Assembly (NCBI RefSeq): GCF_044324875.1
Contig: NZ_CP172185.1
Source: Escherichia coli
GTDB lineage: Bacteria > Pseudomonadota > Gammaproteobacteria > Enterobacterales > Enterobacteriaceae
Direction: 5' to 3' (one strand)
DNA: 64,000 nt
Part shown: positions 11,054 to 21,763 of the stretch, piece by piece
How the letters are laid out: each line of letters begins with the position of its first letter
How positions within the stretch are numbered: position 1 is the first letter of the stretch
Translations under genes and position numbers: made by a program
The notes under the pieces: model-generated
What the model was told of the DNA's origin: nothing
Seen by the model: only the letters and a program-made list of their open reading frames with translations
Database searches by the model: none

Positions 11054-11995
11054 ATGCGCGAAAAGGATTATGTCGTAATTATAGGTTCGGCGAATATTGA
11101 TATCGCCGGATATTCACATGAATCATTAAATTATGCGGATTCAAATCCAGGTAAAATAAAATTTACGCCTGGTGGAGTCGGGCGAAATATTGCACAAAAC
11201 CTGGCGTTGCTGGGTAACAAAGCCTGGCTACTGAGCGCAGTAGGCAGTGATTTTTATGGTCAATCGCTGCTAACGCAAACCAATCAATCTGGCGTTTATG
11301 TCGATAAATGCCTGATTGTGCCGGGAGAAAATACGTCGAGCTATTTATCATTACTCGATAATACCGGTGAAATGCTGGTTGCTATAAATGACATGAATAT
11401 TAGCAACGCTATTACAGCTGAATATCTCGCACAGCACCGTGAATTTATTCAAAGGGCAAAGGTCATTGTCGCGGACTGTAATATCAGTGAAGAGACACTG
11501 GCATGGATTCTGGATAATGCCGCCAATGTACCTGTATTTGTCGATCCGGTTTCGGCATGGAAATGTGTCAAAGTGCGTGACCGTCTAAATCAGATCCACA
11601 CCCTGAAGCCAAACCGCCTTGAAGCGGAAACCTTGAGTGGGATTGCTTTGTCAGGGCGTGAAGATGTGGCAAAAGTTGCTGCCTGGTTCCATCAACATGG
11701 CCTGAACCGACTGGTAATGAGCATGGGCGGCGACGGCGTTTATTACAGTGATATCAGCGGTGAAAGTGGTTGGTCTGCGCCGATCAAAACCAATGTCATT
11801 AATGTTACCGGAGCGGGCGATGCCATGATGGCGGGACTTGCTTCGTGTTGGGTAGACGGAATGCCGTTTGCCGAATCTGTTCGTTTCGCACAGGGATGTT
11901 CGTCAATGGCGCTCTCCTGTGAATACACCAATAACCCCGATTTATCGATTGCCAACGTTATATCGTTAGTGGAGAACGCAGAATGTCTGAATTAA
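11054..11995 (+). CDS. psuK: Pseudouridine kinase (pfkB family)
   Basis: 313 aa MREKDYVVIIGSANIDIAG... Confidence 0.88.
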   Translation: MREKDYVVIIGSANIDIAGYSHESLNYADSNPGKIKFTPGGVGRNIAQNLALLGNKAWLLSAVGSDFYGQSLLTQTNQSGVYVDKCLIVPGENTSSYLSLLDNTGEMLVAINDMNISNAITAEYLAQHREFIQRAKVIVADCNISEETLAWILDNAANVPVFVDPVSAWKCVKVRDRLNQIHTLKPNRLEAETLSGIALSGREDVAKVAAWFHQHGLNRLVMSMGGDGVYYSDISGESGWSAPIKTNVINVTGAGDAMMAGLASCWVDGMPFAESVRFAQGCSSMALSCEYTNNPDLSIANVISLVENAECLN

Positions 11996-12921
11996 AAATT
12001 TCCCCTGAATTATTACAAATTTCCCCGGAAGTGCAGGACGCTTTAAAAAACAAAAAACCGGTTGTGGCGCTGGAATCGACCATTATTTCTCACGGGATGC
12101 CGTTCCCACAAAATGCCCAGACCGCAATTGAAGTTGAAGAAACTATTCGTAAACAGGGCGCTGTACCTGCCACTATCGCCATTATTGGCGGCGTGATGAA
12201 AGTGGGTTTAAGCAAAGAAGAAATTGAATTGCTGGGTCGTGAAGGGCATAACGTGACCAAAGTTAGTCGTCGCGATTTACCTTTTGTTGTTGCCGCCGGA
12301 AAAAATGGCGCAACTACCGTTGCTTCAACGATGATTATTGCGGCGCTTGCCGGAATTAAAGTATTTGCCACTGGGGGAATTGGTGGTGTGCATCGCGGGG
12401 CGGAACATACCTTCGATATTTCTGCCGATTTGCAAGAACTGGCGCACACCAATGTCACCGTCGTTTGTGCCGGGGCGAAATCTATTCTCGATTTAGGCTT
12501 AACTACCGAATATTTAGAAACTTTCGGTGTACCGCTAATTGGCTATCAGACCAAAGCGCTGCCTGCGTTTTTCTGCCGCACCAGCCCGTTTGAAGTCAGT
12601 ATTCGCCTTGATAGTGCCACGGAAATCGCTCGTGCAATGGCGGTGAAATGGCAAAGCGGTCTGAACGGTGGCCTGGTGGTGGCGAATCCGATCCCGGAAC
12701 AGTTTGCGATGCCGGAGGAATCTATCAATGCAGCCATAGATCAAGCCGTCGCCGAAGCCGAAGAGCAGGGCGTTATTGGTAAAGAAAGTACGCCATTCCT
12801 GCTGGCGCGCGTTGCTGAGCTGACCGGCGGTGACAGCCTGAAATCCAACATCCAGCTGGTGTTCAACAACGCCATTCTGGCGAGCGAAATTGCCAAAGAA
12901 TATCAGCGTCTCGCGGGTTAA
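11983..12921 (+). CDS. psuG: Pseudouridine-5'-phosphate glycosidase
   Basis: 312 aa MSELKISPELLQISPEVQDALKNKKPVVALESTIISHGMP...; overlaps psuK by 13 nt. Confidence 0.88.
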   Translation: MSELKISPELLQISPEVQDALKNKKPVVALESTIISHGMPFPQNAQTAIEVEETIRKQGAVPATIAIIGGVMKVGLSKEEIELLGREGHNVTKVSRRDLPFVVAAGKNGATTVASTMIIAALAGIKVFATGGIGGVHRGAEHTFDISADLQELAHTNVTVVCAGAKSILDLGLTTEYLETFGVPLIGYQTKALPAFFCRTSPFEVSIRLDSATEIARAMAVKWQSGLNGGLVVANPIPEQFAMPEESINAAIDQAVAEAEEQGVIGKESTPFLLARVAELTGGDSLKSNIQLVFNNAILASEIAKEYQRLAG

Positions 12922-13014
12922 TTTCTGACGGGCAGAAAGCCGTCGCCCGTACTCATCAAGCATACCAAAACCTGGCGCTGACGCCGGGTTTACTGGCATG
13001 AAGGGAAAATCATT

Positions 13015-14265
13015 ATGGATATAATGAGAAGTGTTGTGGGGATGGTGGTGTTACTGGCAATAGCATTTCTGTTGTCAGTGAATAAAAAGGGCATCAGTTT
13101 GCGCACGGTTGGAGCCGCACTGCTGCTGCAAATCGCTATTGGTGGCATCATGCTCTACTTCCCACCGGGAAAATGGGCAGTAGAACAGGCGGCATTAGGC
13201 GTTCATAAAGTGATGTCTTACAGTGATGCCGGTAGCGCCTTTATTTTTGGTTCATTGGTCGGGCCGAAAATGGATGTCCTGTTTGATGGCGCGGGCTTTA
13301 TCTTCGCCTTTCGCGTACTCCCGGCGATTATCTTCGTCACTGCGCTCATCAGCCTGCTGTACTACATTGGCGTGATGGGACTGCTGATTCGCATTCTTGG
13401 CAGCATTTTCCAGAAAGCTCTCAACATCAGCAAAATCGAATCTTTTGTTGCGGTTACCACTATTTTCCTCGGGCAAAATGAGATCCCGGCGATCGTTAAA
13501 CCGTTTATCGATCGCATGAATCGCAACGAGTTGTTTACCGCAATTTGTAGCGGGATGGCGTCCATTGCTGGTTCGATGATGATTGGTTATGCCGGAATGG
13601 GCGTACCAATTGACTACCTGTTAGCGGCATCGCTGATGGCGATCCCTGGCGGGATTTTGTTTGCACGTATTCTTAGCCCGGCAACCGAGCCTTCGCAGGT
13701 CACATTTGAAAATCTGTCGTTCAGCGAAACACCGCCAAAAAGCTTTATCGAAGCAGCGGCGAGCGGTGCGATGACCGGGTTGAAAATCGCCGCTGGTGTG
13801 GCGACGGTGGTAATGGCGTTTGTCGCAATTATTGCGCTGATTAATGGCATTATCGGCGGAATTGGCGGCTGGTTTGGTTTTACCAATGCTTCTCTGGAAA
13901 GTATTTTTGGCTATGTGCTGGCACCGCTGGCGTGGATCATGGGTGTGGACTGGAGTGATGCCAATCTTGCGGGTAGCCTGATTGGGCAGAAACTGGCGAT
14001 TAACGAATTCGTCGCTTACCTGAGTTTCTCCCCATACCTGCAAACGGGCGGCACGCTGGAAGTGAAAACCATTGCGATTATCTCCTTTGCGCTTTGTGGT
14101 TTTGCTAACTTTGGTTCTATCGGTGTTGTCGTTGGCGCATTTTCGGCTATTTCGCCTAAACGCGCACCGGAAATCGCCCTGCTTGGTTTACGGGCGCTGG
14201 CAGCAGCAACGCTTTCCAACCTGATGAGCGCGACCATTGCCGGGTTCTTTATTGGTTTAGCTTGA
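13015..14265 (+). CDS. psuT: NupC-family nucleoside transporter
   Basis: 416 aa multi-TM; close paralog of nupX in this window. Confidence 0.88.
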   Translation: MDIMRSVVGMVVLLAIAFLLSVNKKGISLRTVGAALLLQIAIGGIMLYFPPGKWAVEQAALGVHKVMSYSDAGSAFIFGSLVGPKMDVLFDGAGFIFAFRVLPAIIFVTALISLLYYIGVMGLLIRILGSIFQKALNISKIESFVAVTTIFLGQNEIPAIVKPFIDRMNRNELFTAICSGMASIAGSMMIGYAGMGVPIDYLLAASLMAIPGGILFARILSPATEPSQVTFENLSFSETPPKSFIEAAASGAMTGLKIAAGVATVVMAFVAIIALINGIIGGIGGWFGFTNASLESIFGYVLAPLAWIMGVDWSDANLAGSLIGQKLAINEFVAYLSFSPYLQTGGTLEVKTIAIISFALCGFANFGSIGVVVGAFSAISPKRAPEIALLGLRALAAATLSNLMSATIAGFFIGLA

Positions 14266-14272
14266 GTTTCAT

Positions 14273-14311
14273 TGCCGGATGTACGCGCTTATTTAGCGTC
14301 ACATCCGGCAA
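14273..14311. repeat. REP-like palindromic element between convergent psuT and yeiL
   Basis: gccggatgt...acatccggca palindrome. Confidence 0.5.
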
Positions 14312-14332
14312 TCGCTCTATTGCAAATAATTT

Positions 14333-14992
14333 TTACTGCATCATCCCTGAGAATTTATTTTCCGGGTCCATCTCCAGTGCCAGTCCTGACAACTGCTTTC
14401 TGTTTTTAATTAGATACCCTTTCTTGCTTTTAATTAATAAACCGTCGTGAATGAATTGCGCTAGAACATATAAAAGATGTCGATAAGAAACGCCTAAATA
14501 CTCTGCCGCTTGCGTATGCTTTTCGTGATAAAGATCACCTTCCTGCGAGAGTAATATAAAAGCTGCCAGGCGATTCACTAACGGAAATGATTGATTCTGA
14601 GTTAAAGAAACAATATTGCGATAATTTTTATGGCTTAAAGTAACGCAGAGTTTTCGTAAAAATAGCGTGTCGTTTAATAACAGCGGACGGTAATGTTTCA
14701 TAGGGAGCGCAAGGCACCAACACTCTTCAATAGCCTGTACCGCACGCGGTTCATGGTCTTTGTCGATTAACTCAATCTCGCCAATAAAACAGGGAGCGGC
14801 AAAGAAATCGATCAGCGACACGCGACCATTAGCTAGCGTGGCGTAAAGCCTGGCGCGGCCTCGCGTCAGGTAAAACAGCCAGGACGGCTGTTGCCCTTCC
14901 TGCACAATGTAGTCACGCGCTAAAAAATGAAACAGCCGCGTATCGGCTGAAACATCCGTTGAAAAGCAATCCTTAAACGCGGATTCACTCAT
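14333..14992 (-). CDS. yeiL: Crp/Fnr-family transcriptional regulator
   Basis: Track ORF 232 aa; start at MSESAFKD gives 219 aa with cNMP-binding-like domain and C-terminal HTH. Confidence 0.8.
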   Translation of the reverse strand: MSESAFKDCFSTDVSADTRLFHFLARDYIVQEGQQPSWLFYLTRGRARLYATLANGRVSLIDFFAAPCFIGEIELIDKDHEPRAVQAIEECWCLALPMKHYRPLLLNDTLFLRKLCVTLSHKNYRNIVSLTQNQSFPLVNRLAAFILLSQEGDLYHEKHTQAAEYLGVSYRHLLYVLAQFIHDGLLIKSKKGYLIKNRKQLSGLALEMDPENKFSGMMQ

Positions 14993-15160
14993 CAATTGCT
15001 GCTTAAGGTCATTATTGTGGATTTCTTTCACGATGTTTATCCGCTATGAGATTTCTCATATTTAGCATACTTACGCTGTTGTTAAGATTCAATCATCGGC
15101 CCGGTCGAATTTTCTTTGCTGTAGAAAAAATAACGCAACTGGAAACAGAGGAAATAAACA

Positions 15161-16102
15161 ATGGAAAAGAGAAAAATTATTCTGGATTGTGATCCGGGTC
15201 ATGATGATGCTATTGCCATAATGATGGCAGCGAAACATCCGGCAATAGATTTATTAGGCATCACCATTGTGGCGGGTAATCAGACGCTTGATAAAACATT
15301 AATTAATGGCCTGAATGTTTGCCAGAAACTGGAGATTAATGTTCCGGTTTATGCGGGGATGCCACAGCCCATTATGCGTCAACAAATCGTTGCCGACAAT
15401 ATTCATGGTGAAACAGGACTGGATGGCCCGGTATTCGAGCCGCTGACCCGCCAGGCAGAAAGTACCCATGCGGTGAAATACATCATTGATACCCTGATGG
15501 CAAGCGATGGCGATATCACTCTGGTGCCGGTTGGCCCACTTTCAAACATCGCGGTGGCAATGCGTATGCAACCCGCGATCCTGCCGAAAATCCGTGAAAT
15601 TGTGCTGATGGGCGGCGCTTACGGTACTGGCAACTTTACGCCATCCGCCGAGTTCAACATCTTTGCTGACCCGGAAGCCGCACGCGTGGTGTTCACCTCC
15701 GGCGTTCCGTTGGTGATGATGGGCCTCGATCTCACCAACCAGACCGTTTGCACCCCGGACGTGATTGCCCGGATGGAAAGGGCAGGCGGCCCTGCCGGAG
15801 AGCTGTTCAGCGACATCATGAACTTCACTCTCAAAACCCAGTTCGAAAACTATGGCCTGGCTGGCGGCCCGGTGCACGACGCCACCTGCATCGGTTATCT
15901 GATCAACCCTGATGGCATTAAAACCCAGGATATGTACGTCGAAGTGGATGTTAACAGTGGCCCTTGCTATGGGCGTACCGTCTGCGACGAGCTGGGCGTT
16001 CTTGGCAAGCCAGCCAATACCAAAGTCGGCATCACTATTGATACCGACTGGTTCTGGGGCTTAGTCGAAGAGTGCGTGCGCGGCTACATCAAAACCCATT
16101 AA
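15161..16102 (+). CDS. rihB: Pyrimidine-specific ribonucleoside hydrolase
   Basis: 313 aa, N-terminal DCDPGHDDA nucleoside hydrolase motif. Confidence 0.9.
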   Translation: MEKRKIILDCDPGHDDAIAIMMAAKHPAIDLLGITIVAGNQTLDKTLINGLNVCQKLEINVPVYAGMPQPIMRQQIVADNIHGETGLDGPVFEPLTRQAESTHAVKYIIDTLMASDGDITLVPVGPLSNIAVAMRMQPAILPKIREIVLMGGAYGTGNFTPSAEFNIFADPEAARVVFTSGVPLVMMGLDLTNQTVCTPDVIARMERAGGPAGELFSDIMNFTLKTQFENYGLAGGPVHDATCIGYLINPDGIKTQDMYVEVDVNSGPCYGRTVCDELGVLGKPANTKVGITIDTDWFWGLVEECVRGYIKTH

Positions 16103-16201
16103 GTGTTGATAACAAGCCGGGCCGGTATCGCAAGATGCAGGCCCGGCTATTTCTGATGGGCAGAAAGCCGTCGCCCAAAATGACATGAAGAGATAATAAC
16201 T

Positions 16202-17452
16202 ATGGATGTCATGAGAAGTGTTCTGGGAATGGTTGTATTGCTGGCAATTGCGTTTTTGCTGTCAGTAAACAAGAAGAAGATCAGCCTGCGTACCGTTGGC
16301 GCGGCGTTAGTGTTACAGGTCGTGATTGGCGGCATTATGCTTTGGTTACCACCAGGGCGTTGGGTCGCTGAAAAAGTCGCTTTTGGAGTCCATAAAGTGA
16401 TGGCCTACAGCGACGCGGGTAGCGCATTTATCTTTGGTTCTCTGGTCGGACCGAAAATGGATACCTTATTTGATGGCGCAGGATTTATCTTTGGTTTCAG
16501 GGTATTACCGGCAATTATCTTCGTTACAGCACTGGTGAGTATTCTCTACTACATCGGTGTGATGGGGATCTTAATTCGCATTCTCGGCGGTATATTCCAG
16601 AAAGCATTGAATATCAGCAAGATTGAGTCATTCGTCGCGGTCACTACCATTTTCCTCGGGCAAAACGAAATTCCGGCAATCGTCAAACCCTTTATCGATC
16701 GTCTGAATCGCAATGAATTATTTACGGCTATTTGTAGTGGCATGGCCTCGATTGCTGGTTCGACAATGATTGGTTACGCCGCACTGGGCGTGCCTGTGGA
16801 ATATCTGCTAGCGGCATCGTTAATGGCGATCCCCGGCGGGATCTTGTTTGCCCGCCTGTTAAGCCCGGCTACCGAATCTTCGCAGGTTTCCTTTAATAAC
16901 CTCTCTTTCACCGAAACACCGCCAAAAAGCATTATTGAAGCCGCCGCTACAGGGGCTATGACCGGACTGAAAATCGCCGCAGGTGTGGCGACAGTGGTGA
17001 TGGCATTTGTTGCAATAATTGCGTTGATTAACGGTATTATCGGCGGCGTTGGCGGCTGGTTTGGTTTTGAACATGCCTCGCTGGAGTCCATTTTAGGTTA
17101 CCTGCTGGCCCCGCTGGCGTGGGTGATGGGGGTTGACTGGAGTGATGCGAATCTTGCCGGGAGTTTGATTGGACAGAAACTGGCGATTAATGAATTTGTC
17201 GCTTACCTCAATTTCTCACCTTATCTGCAAACAGCTGGCACTCTGGATGCTAAAACCGTGGCGATTATTTCCTTCGCGTTGTGCGGTTTCGCTAACTTTG
17301 GTTCTATCGGGGTGGTGGTGGGGGCGTTTTCTGCGGTTGCGCCACACCGTGCACCGGAAATCGCCCAGCTTGGTTTACGCGCGCTGGCGGCGGCGACACT
17401 TTCTAACCTGATGAGTGCCACCATTGCAGGATTCTTTATTGGCTTAGCGTAG
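16202..17452 (+). CDS. nupX: NupC-family nucleoside permease
   Basis: 416 aa, highly similar to psuT (13015-14265). Confidence 0.88.
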   Translation: MDVMRSVLGMVVLLAIAFLLSVNKKKISLRTVGAALVLQVVIGGIMLWLPPGRWVAEKVAFGVHKVMAYSDAGSAFIFGSLVGPKMDTLFDGAGFIFGFRVLPAIIFVTALVSILYYIGVMGILIRILGGIFQKALNISKIESFVAVTTIFLGQNEIPAIVKPFIDRLNRNELFTAICSGMASIAGSTMIGYAALGVPVEYLLAASLMAIPGGILFARLLSPATESSQVSFNNLSFTETPPKSIIEAAATGAMTGLKIAAGVATVVMAFVAIIALINGIIGGVGGWFGFEHASLESILGYLLAPLAWVMGVDWSDANLAGSLIGQKLAINEFVAYLNFSPYLQTAGTLDAKTVAIISFALCGFANFGSIGVVVGAFSAVAPHRAPEIAQLGLRALAAATLSNLMSATIAGFFIGLA

Positions 17453-17507
17453 TGCGCGAGTTATGAGCCGGATAAGACGCGGTCAAGCGTCGAATCCGGC
17501 AACATTG

Positions 17508-18596
17508 TTACACCATCGGCACTAATGAAAGCGCGTTATCGGCAGACAGGGTAGGGTTGTTTAAGCTGCCGCTGGCGCGTGAAATTGCCGCGCAGGCCAT
17601 CGCAAAACGGGCGCTGTCACGGAAATTGTTTCCCTCCAGAAAGCTATATACCAGGCCCGCCATAAAACCATCGTCAGCACCAAAACTGTCTACTGTCGTA
17701 TGCGCTGGCGCTGTCAGCAAAAATTGCTCTCCATCCTTTTCGCTGCAATAAACTGACTCATCGGGCAAATAAACAAACAGTTGCTGAACGCCTTGCTGAT
17801 GCAACGCATTCACTGCGGCATTACGGTCAGCATCGCTGGTGATCGCCTGTCCCCATAAAATTTCCAGCTCCGGTAAAGTGGGTTTCAGGGTGTGAATATG
17901 CGCCAGCCAGTGTTTGATTTTGCCCGCTTTGAATTCTGAAACGGTATCGACAAACACCGGGATTTCATCAGCGAGGGTAAAGACCCACTCCAGCGCCTCG
18001 GCTGTCAGGTTGCAATCAGCCAGTACCACGCCCGCATGACGAAGTAAATCGCGCGACCCGTTCAGTAGTTGCGGTGTCAACTGATCCAGCAGATGGGTAT
18101 CGTTAATCGCCAGCACGATTTGATCGTCTCGATCGGCAATTGCCAGATACGTCGATGTGCTTTGGCCATGTAAACGAACGCAGCCGGAGACATTCACGCC
18201 GGCGCGGCGCGTTTCTTCCAGGAGCATTTCGCCATAAAAGTCATCGCCAATCACTGAAAGCAAATGGACGTCGCGGCCTAACAGCGCCAGATTGTGGGCG
18301 ATATTGCGTCCAACGCCGCCTGCCGAGCAATGAATGGTACCGGGATGAGAAGCCGCTTGCGGGTAACGGATATCCGCCATCCCGCGAATATCCATATTGA
18401 TTGTCCCCACCACTACGCAGTATTCCTGCTCGGTGAGAATGTAACCTTTGCCTTTAATCCGACCTTTGCGCATTAAATCCATAATATGCGCCGCAACGCG
18501 CGAACGGCTGATTTGCAGCATATCAGCAATTTCGTTCTGCTGAATCAGCGGGTTACGCCGTAAAATTGCAAGGATCTCCTTCTCCCGGTTGTTCAT
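17508..18596 (-). CDS. yeiI: Putative sugar/nucleoside kinase with N-terminal HTH (pfkB family)
   Basis: 362 aa; kinase domain paralogous to psuK. Confidence 0.82.
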   Translation of the reverse strand: MNNREKEILAILRRNPLIQQNEIADMLQISRSRVAAHIMDLMRKGRIKGKGYILTEQEYCVVVGTINMDIRGMADIRYPQAASHPGTIHCSAGGVGRNIAHNLALLGRDVHLLSVIGDDFYGEMLLEETRRAGVNVSGCVRLHGQSTSTYLAIADRDDQIVLAINDTHLLDQLTPQLLNGSRDLLRHAGVVLADCNLTAEALEWVFTLADEIPVFVDTVSEFKAGKIKHWLAHIHTLKPTLPELEILWGQAITSDADRNAAVNALHQQGVQQLFVYLPDESVYCSEKDGEQFLLTAPAHTTVDSFGADDGFMAGLVYSFLEGNNFRDSARFAMACAAISRASGSLNNPTLSADNALSLVPMV

Positions 18597-18598
18597 CT

Positions 18599-19456
18599 TC
18601 AGGCTACCGCTTTTTCAGTTTGTTGCGCTTTCAGCCAGGCGATCTCTTCTGCCCAGATATCCGGGTTGATGGTTTCAAGGATCAGCGGAATGCCGTCGAA
18701 ACGGTCGTCCTGCATGATCCAGCGGAACGCATCATGACCGATATTGCCTTCACCGAGGCTATGATGGCGGTCAACGCGGCTGCCAAAGGTGCTTTTCGCA
18801 TCGTTAAGGTGCATCCCGCGCAGATACTTAAAGCCGACAATACGGGCAAAATCCGCGAACGTTTTCTCGCATTCGGCTGGAGTACGCAAATCATACCCGG
18901 CAGCAAAAGCATGGCAGGTATCAATGCAGACGCCGACGCGGGATTTATCTTCAACGCCGTCGATAATCGCCGCGAGATGTTCGAATTTAAACCCTAAGTT
19001 ACTGCCCTGACCGGCGGTGTTTTCAATCACCGCTGTCACACCATGAGTTTTATCCAGCGCAATGTTGATGGATTCGGCAATACGCGCAAGGCAATCCTCT
19101 TCTGAAATCTGCATCAGATGGCTGCCAGGGTGGAAGTTGAGCAAAGAAAGCCCCAGCTGTTCGCAACGCTGCATTTCATCTATAAACGCATCGCGCGATT
19201 TTTCCAGAGCTTCAGCGACCGGATGTCCGAGGTTAATCAGATAACTGTCGTGGGGAAGAATTTGCGCCGATGTGTAGTGATATTTTTCACAGGCGGCTTT
19301 GAATTCATCGATGGTTTGCGTCGTGAGCGGTGCGGCACGCCACTGACGTTGGTTTTTGGTGAACAAGGCAAACGCGGTTGCGTCGATTTCGGCGGCGCGA
19401 ATTGCGGCATTTGCCAGACCGCCAGCAGCACTAACGTGCGCTCCAATGTATTTCAT
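18599..19456 (-). CDS. nfo: Endonuclease IV (AP endonuclease)
   Basis: 285 aa [39 protein letters not shown]... Confidence 0.93.
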   Translation of the reverse strand: MKYIGAHVSAAGGLANAAIRAAEIDATAFALFTKNQRQWRAAPLTTQTIDEFKAACEKYHYTSAQILPHDSYLINLGHPVAEALEKSRDAFIDEMQRCEQLGLSLLNFHPGSHLMQISEEDCLARIAESINIALDKTHGVTAVIENTAGQGSNLGFKFEHLAAIIDGVEDKSRVGVCIDTCHAFAAGYDLRTPAECEKTFADFARIVGFKYLRGMHLNDAKSTFGSRVDRHHSLGEGNIGHDAFRWIMQDDRFDGIPLILETINPDIWAEEIAWLKAQQTEKAVA

Positions 19457-19529
19457 GCGAGGACTCCTGTTAAACCCGCTGGAGGAAAACGGTAATGATA
19501 GCGGGTTAACAGGAGCAAGATGTAGTGGT

Positions 19530-20579
19530 TTATGCGATGACGCTTTGAATCACATAGTTAATCGCACCACCACCAACAATCAGCCAGGCAAACAGTACCA
19601 GTGCCATCAGCAGAGGTTTCGCCCCGGCTTTTTTCAGTGCGCTGACGTGAGTGGTCAGACCCAGCGCCGCCATCGCCATTGCCAGCAGGAAGGTATCCAG
19701 CGTTACCAGCATGTTCACCACGCTCTGCGGTAACAGGTGGAACGAGTTAAAGATGGCAACTACGATGAACAAGATGGCAAACCACGGAATAGTGATTTTG
19801 CTTTTCTCGCCGCTGTTCGCCCCAGACAGCTGTTTAACACGCGCCGCCAGCAGGATGAGGAACGGAGCCAGCATCATCACGCGCAGCATTTTGGAAATAA
19901 CTGCTGCGTTTTCCGCATCCGGGCTGATGGCATGACCTGCCGCCACCACCTGCGCCACTTCGTGCACAGTAGAACCAATGTAGATACCGAAAGTTTCCGG
20001 ACTAAACCATTGAGACATCAGCGGATATATCGCCGGGTAGAGGAAAATCGCGACGGTCCCGAAGATAACAACGGTTGCAACAGCCACGGTTACTTTACTG
20101 GCTTCCGCTTTCACTACCGGCTCAGTCGCCAGTACCGCGGCAGCACCACAAATACTGCTACCGGCACCGATCAACCAGCTGGTGTGCTTATCCAGACCAA
20201 ACACTTTCTGCCCCAGGAAGCAAGCCAGCAGGAAGGTACTGGACAGCGTCAACACGTCAATGATGATCCCACTGATACCGACATCGGCAATTTGCGAGAA
20301 CGTCAGACGGAAGCCATAAAGAATGATACCCAGACGTAATAAATATTGCTTGGCAAACAGCACACCACCGTCACAGCTTTTCCAGATGTGCGGATAGATG
20401 GTGTTGCCTAAAACCATCCCCAACAAGATTGCGAGGGTGAGGGCACTAAACCCGGCACCCGCAACCGCGGGAATGGAACCACCCCACAGGGCGACCCCGG
20501 TGATAACTGCACTCAGGGCTAACCCCGGAATAAAATGCCACAGTGTACGATGTTGTTTCTGTAAGGTGATATTCGTCAT
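19530..20579 (-). CDS. yeiH: UPF0324-family inner membrane protein
   Basis: 349 aa multi-TM. Confidence 0.85.
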   Translation of the reverse strand: MTNITLQKQHRTLWHFIPGLALSAVITGVALWGGSIPAVAGAGFSALTLAILLGMVLGNTIYPHIWKSCDGGVLFAKQYLLRLGIILYGFRLTFSQIADVGISGIIIDVLTLSSTFLLACFLGQKVFGLDKHTSWLIGAGSSICGAAAVLATEPVVKAEASKVTVAVATVVIFGTVAIFLYPAIYPLMSQWFSPETFGIYIGSTVHEVAQVVAAGHAISPDAENAAVISKMLRVMMLAPFLILLAARVKQLSGANSGEKSKITIPWFAILFIVVAIFNSFHLLPQSVVNMLVTLDTFLLAMAMAALGLTTHVSALKKAGAKPLLMALVLFAWLIVGGGAINYVIQSVIA

Positions 20580-20677
20580 AACCCTCTCCTTTAACCGGGC
20601 ATAAGGTTACGACTAACTGGTTTAAAAATAAAATTGATTATATATTTATAATTAATCTTTATAAGTGGTAAGCGACT

Positions 20678-21559
20678 ATGCACATCACCCTCCGGCAGTT
20701 GGAAGTTTTTGCAGAAGTATTGAAAAGTGGATCAACCACCCAGGCGTCGGTGATGCTGGCGTTGTCGCAATCAGCAGTGAGCGCAGCCTTGACCGACCTG
20801 GAAGGGCAGCTTGGCGTGCAACTGTTTGATCGCGTGGGGAAAAGACTGGTAGTTAATGAACACGGGCGACTGCTCTATCCGCGTGCGTTGGCACTGCTTG
20901 AACAGGCGATCGAAATCGAACAACTGTTTCGCGAAGACAACGGTGCGATTCGTATCTATGCCAGTAGTACCATCGGTAACTACATTCTGCCTGCAGTCAT
21001 TGCCCGTTATCGCCATGATTATCCGCAGTTGCCGATTGAACTTAGCGTTGGGAACAGCCAGGACGTGATGCAAGCGGTGCTGGATTTCCGCGTTGATATT
21101 GGCTTTATTGAAGGACCGTGCCACAGCACTGAAATCATTTCTGAACCGTGGCTGGAAGACGAGCTGGTGGTTTTCGCCGCGCCGACTTCGCCATTGGCTC
21201 GTGGTCCGGTCACCTTAGAACAGCTGGCCGCTGCGCCGTGGATCCTGCGTGAACGCGGCTCCGGCACGCGGGAGATTGTCGATTATCTGTTGCTGTCACA
21301 TTTACCGAAGTTTGAGATGGCGATGGAATTAGGTAACTCCGAGGCAATCAAACATGCGGTGCGTCATGGGTTGGGAATTAGTTGCCTGTCGCGGCGGGTG
21401 ATTGAAGATCAATTGCAGGCAGGCACATTAAGTGAAGTTGCGGTCCCTCTGCCGCGCCTGATGCGTACGTTGTGGCGTATACATCATCGGCAAAAACACC
21501 TTTCCAACGCGCTACGGCGCTTTCTGGACTATTGCGATCCCGCGAATGTACCGCGTTAA
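20678..21559 (+). CDS. yeiE: LysR-type transcriptional regulator
   Basis: 293 aa, N-terminal HTH; divergent from yeiH. Confidence 0.88.
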   Translation: MHITLRQLEVFAEVLKSGSTTQASVMLALSQSAVSAALTDLEGQLGVQLFDRVGKRLVVNEHGRLLYPRALALLEQAIEIEQLFREDNGAIRIYASSTIGNYILPAVIARYRHDYPQLPIELSVGNSQDVMQAVLDFRVDIGFIEGPCHSTEIISEPWLEDELVVFAAPTSPLARGPVTLEQLAAAPWILRERGSGTREIVDYLLLSHLPKFEMAMELGNSEAIKHAVRHGLGISCLSRRVIEDQLQAGTLSEVAVPLPRLMRTLWRIHHRQKHLSNALRRFLDYCDPANVPR

Positions 21560-21763
21560 GTTGCTGTACAAGAACATGCTGGTGCTGTGTCGATTTCGTG
21601 ACGCAGCGCCCTCAGCATGCATTCGCCAGAAAAGAGATTGGCTGCTTTACTTATAATCCCTGGGCGATCATGAAGGTGTCTTATAACCGTGTATTTCTGC
21701 CGGAAGGATTGCCAATCGTCTGCTACAATCGCGCCTCATTTTTAAGATGGATAGCATTTTTGT

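Noticed and set aside
19737-20339. 200-aa plus-strand ORF
   Set aside because: Antisense within the yeiH membrane protein gene; highly charged Arg-rich translation
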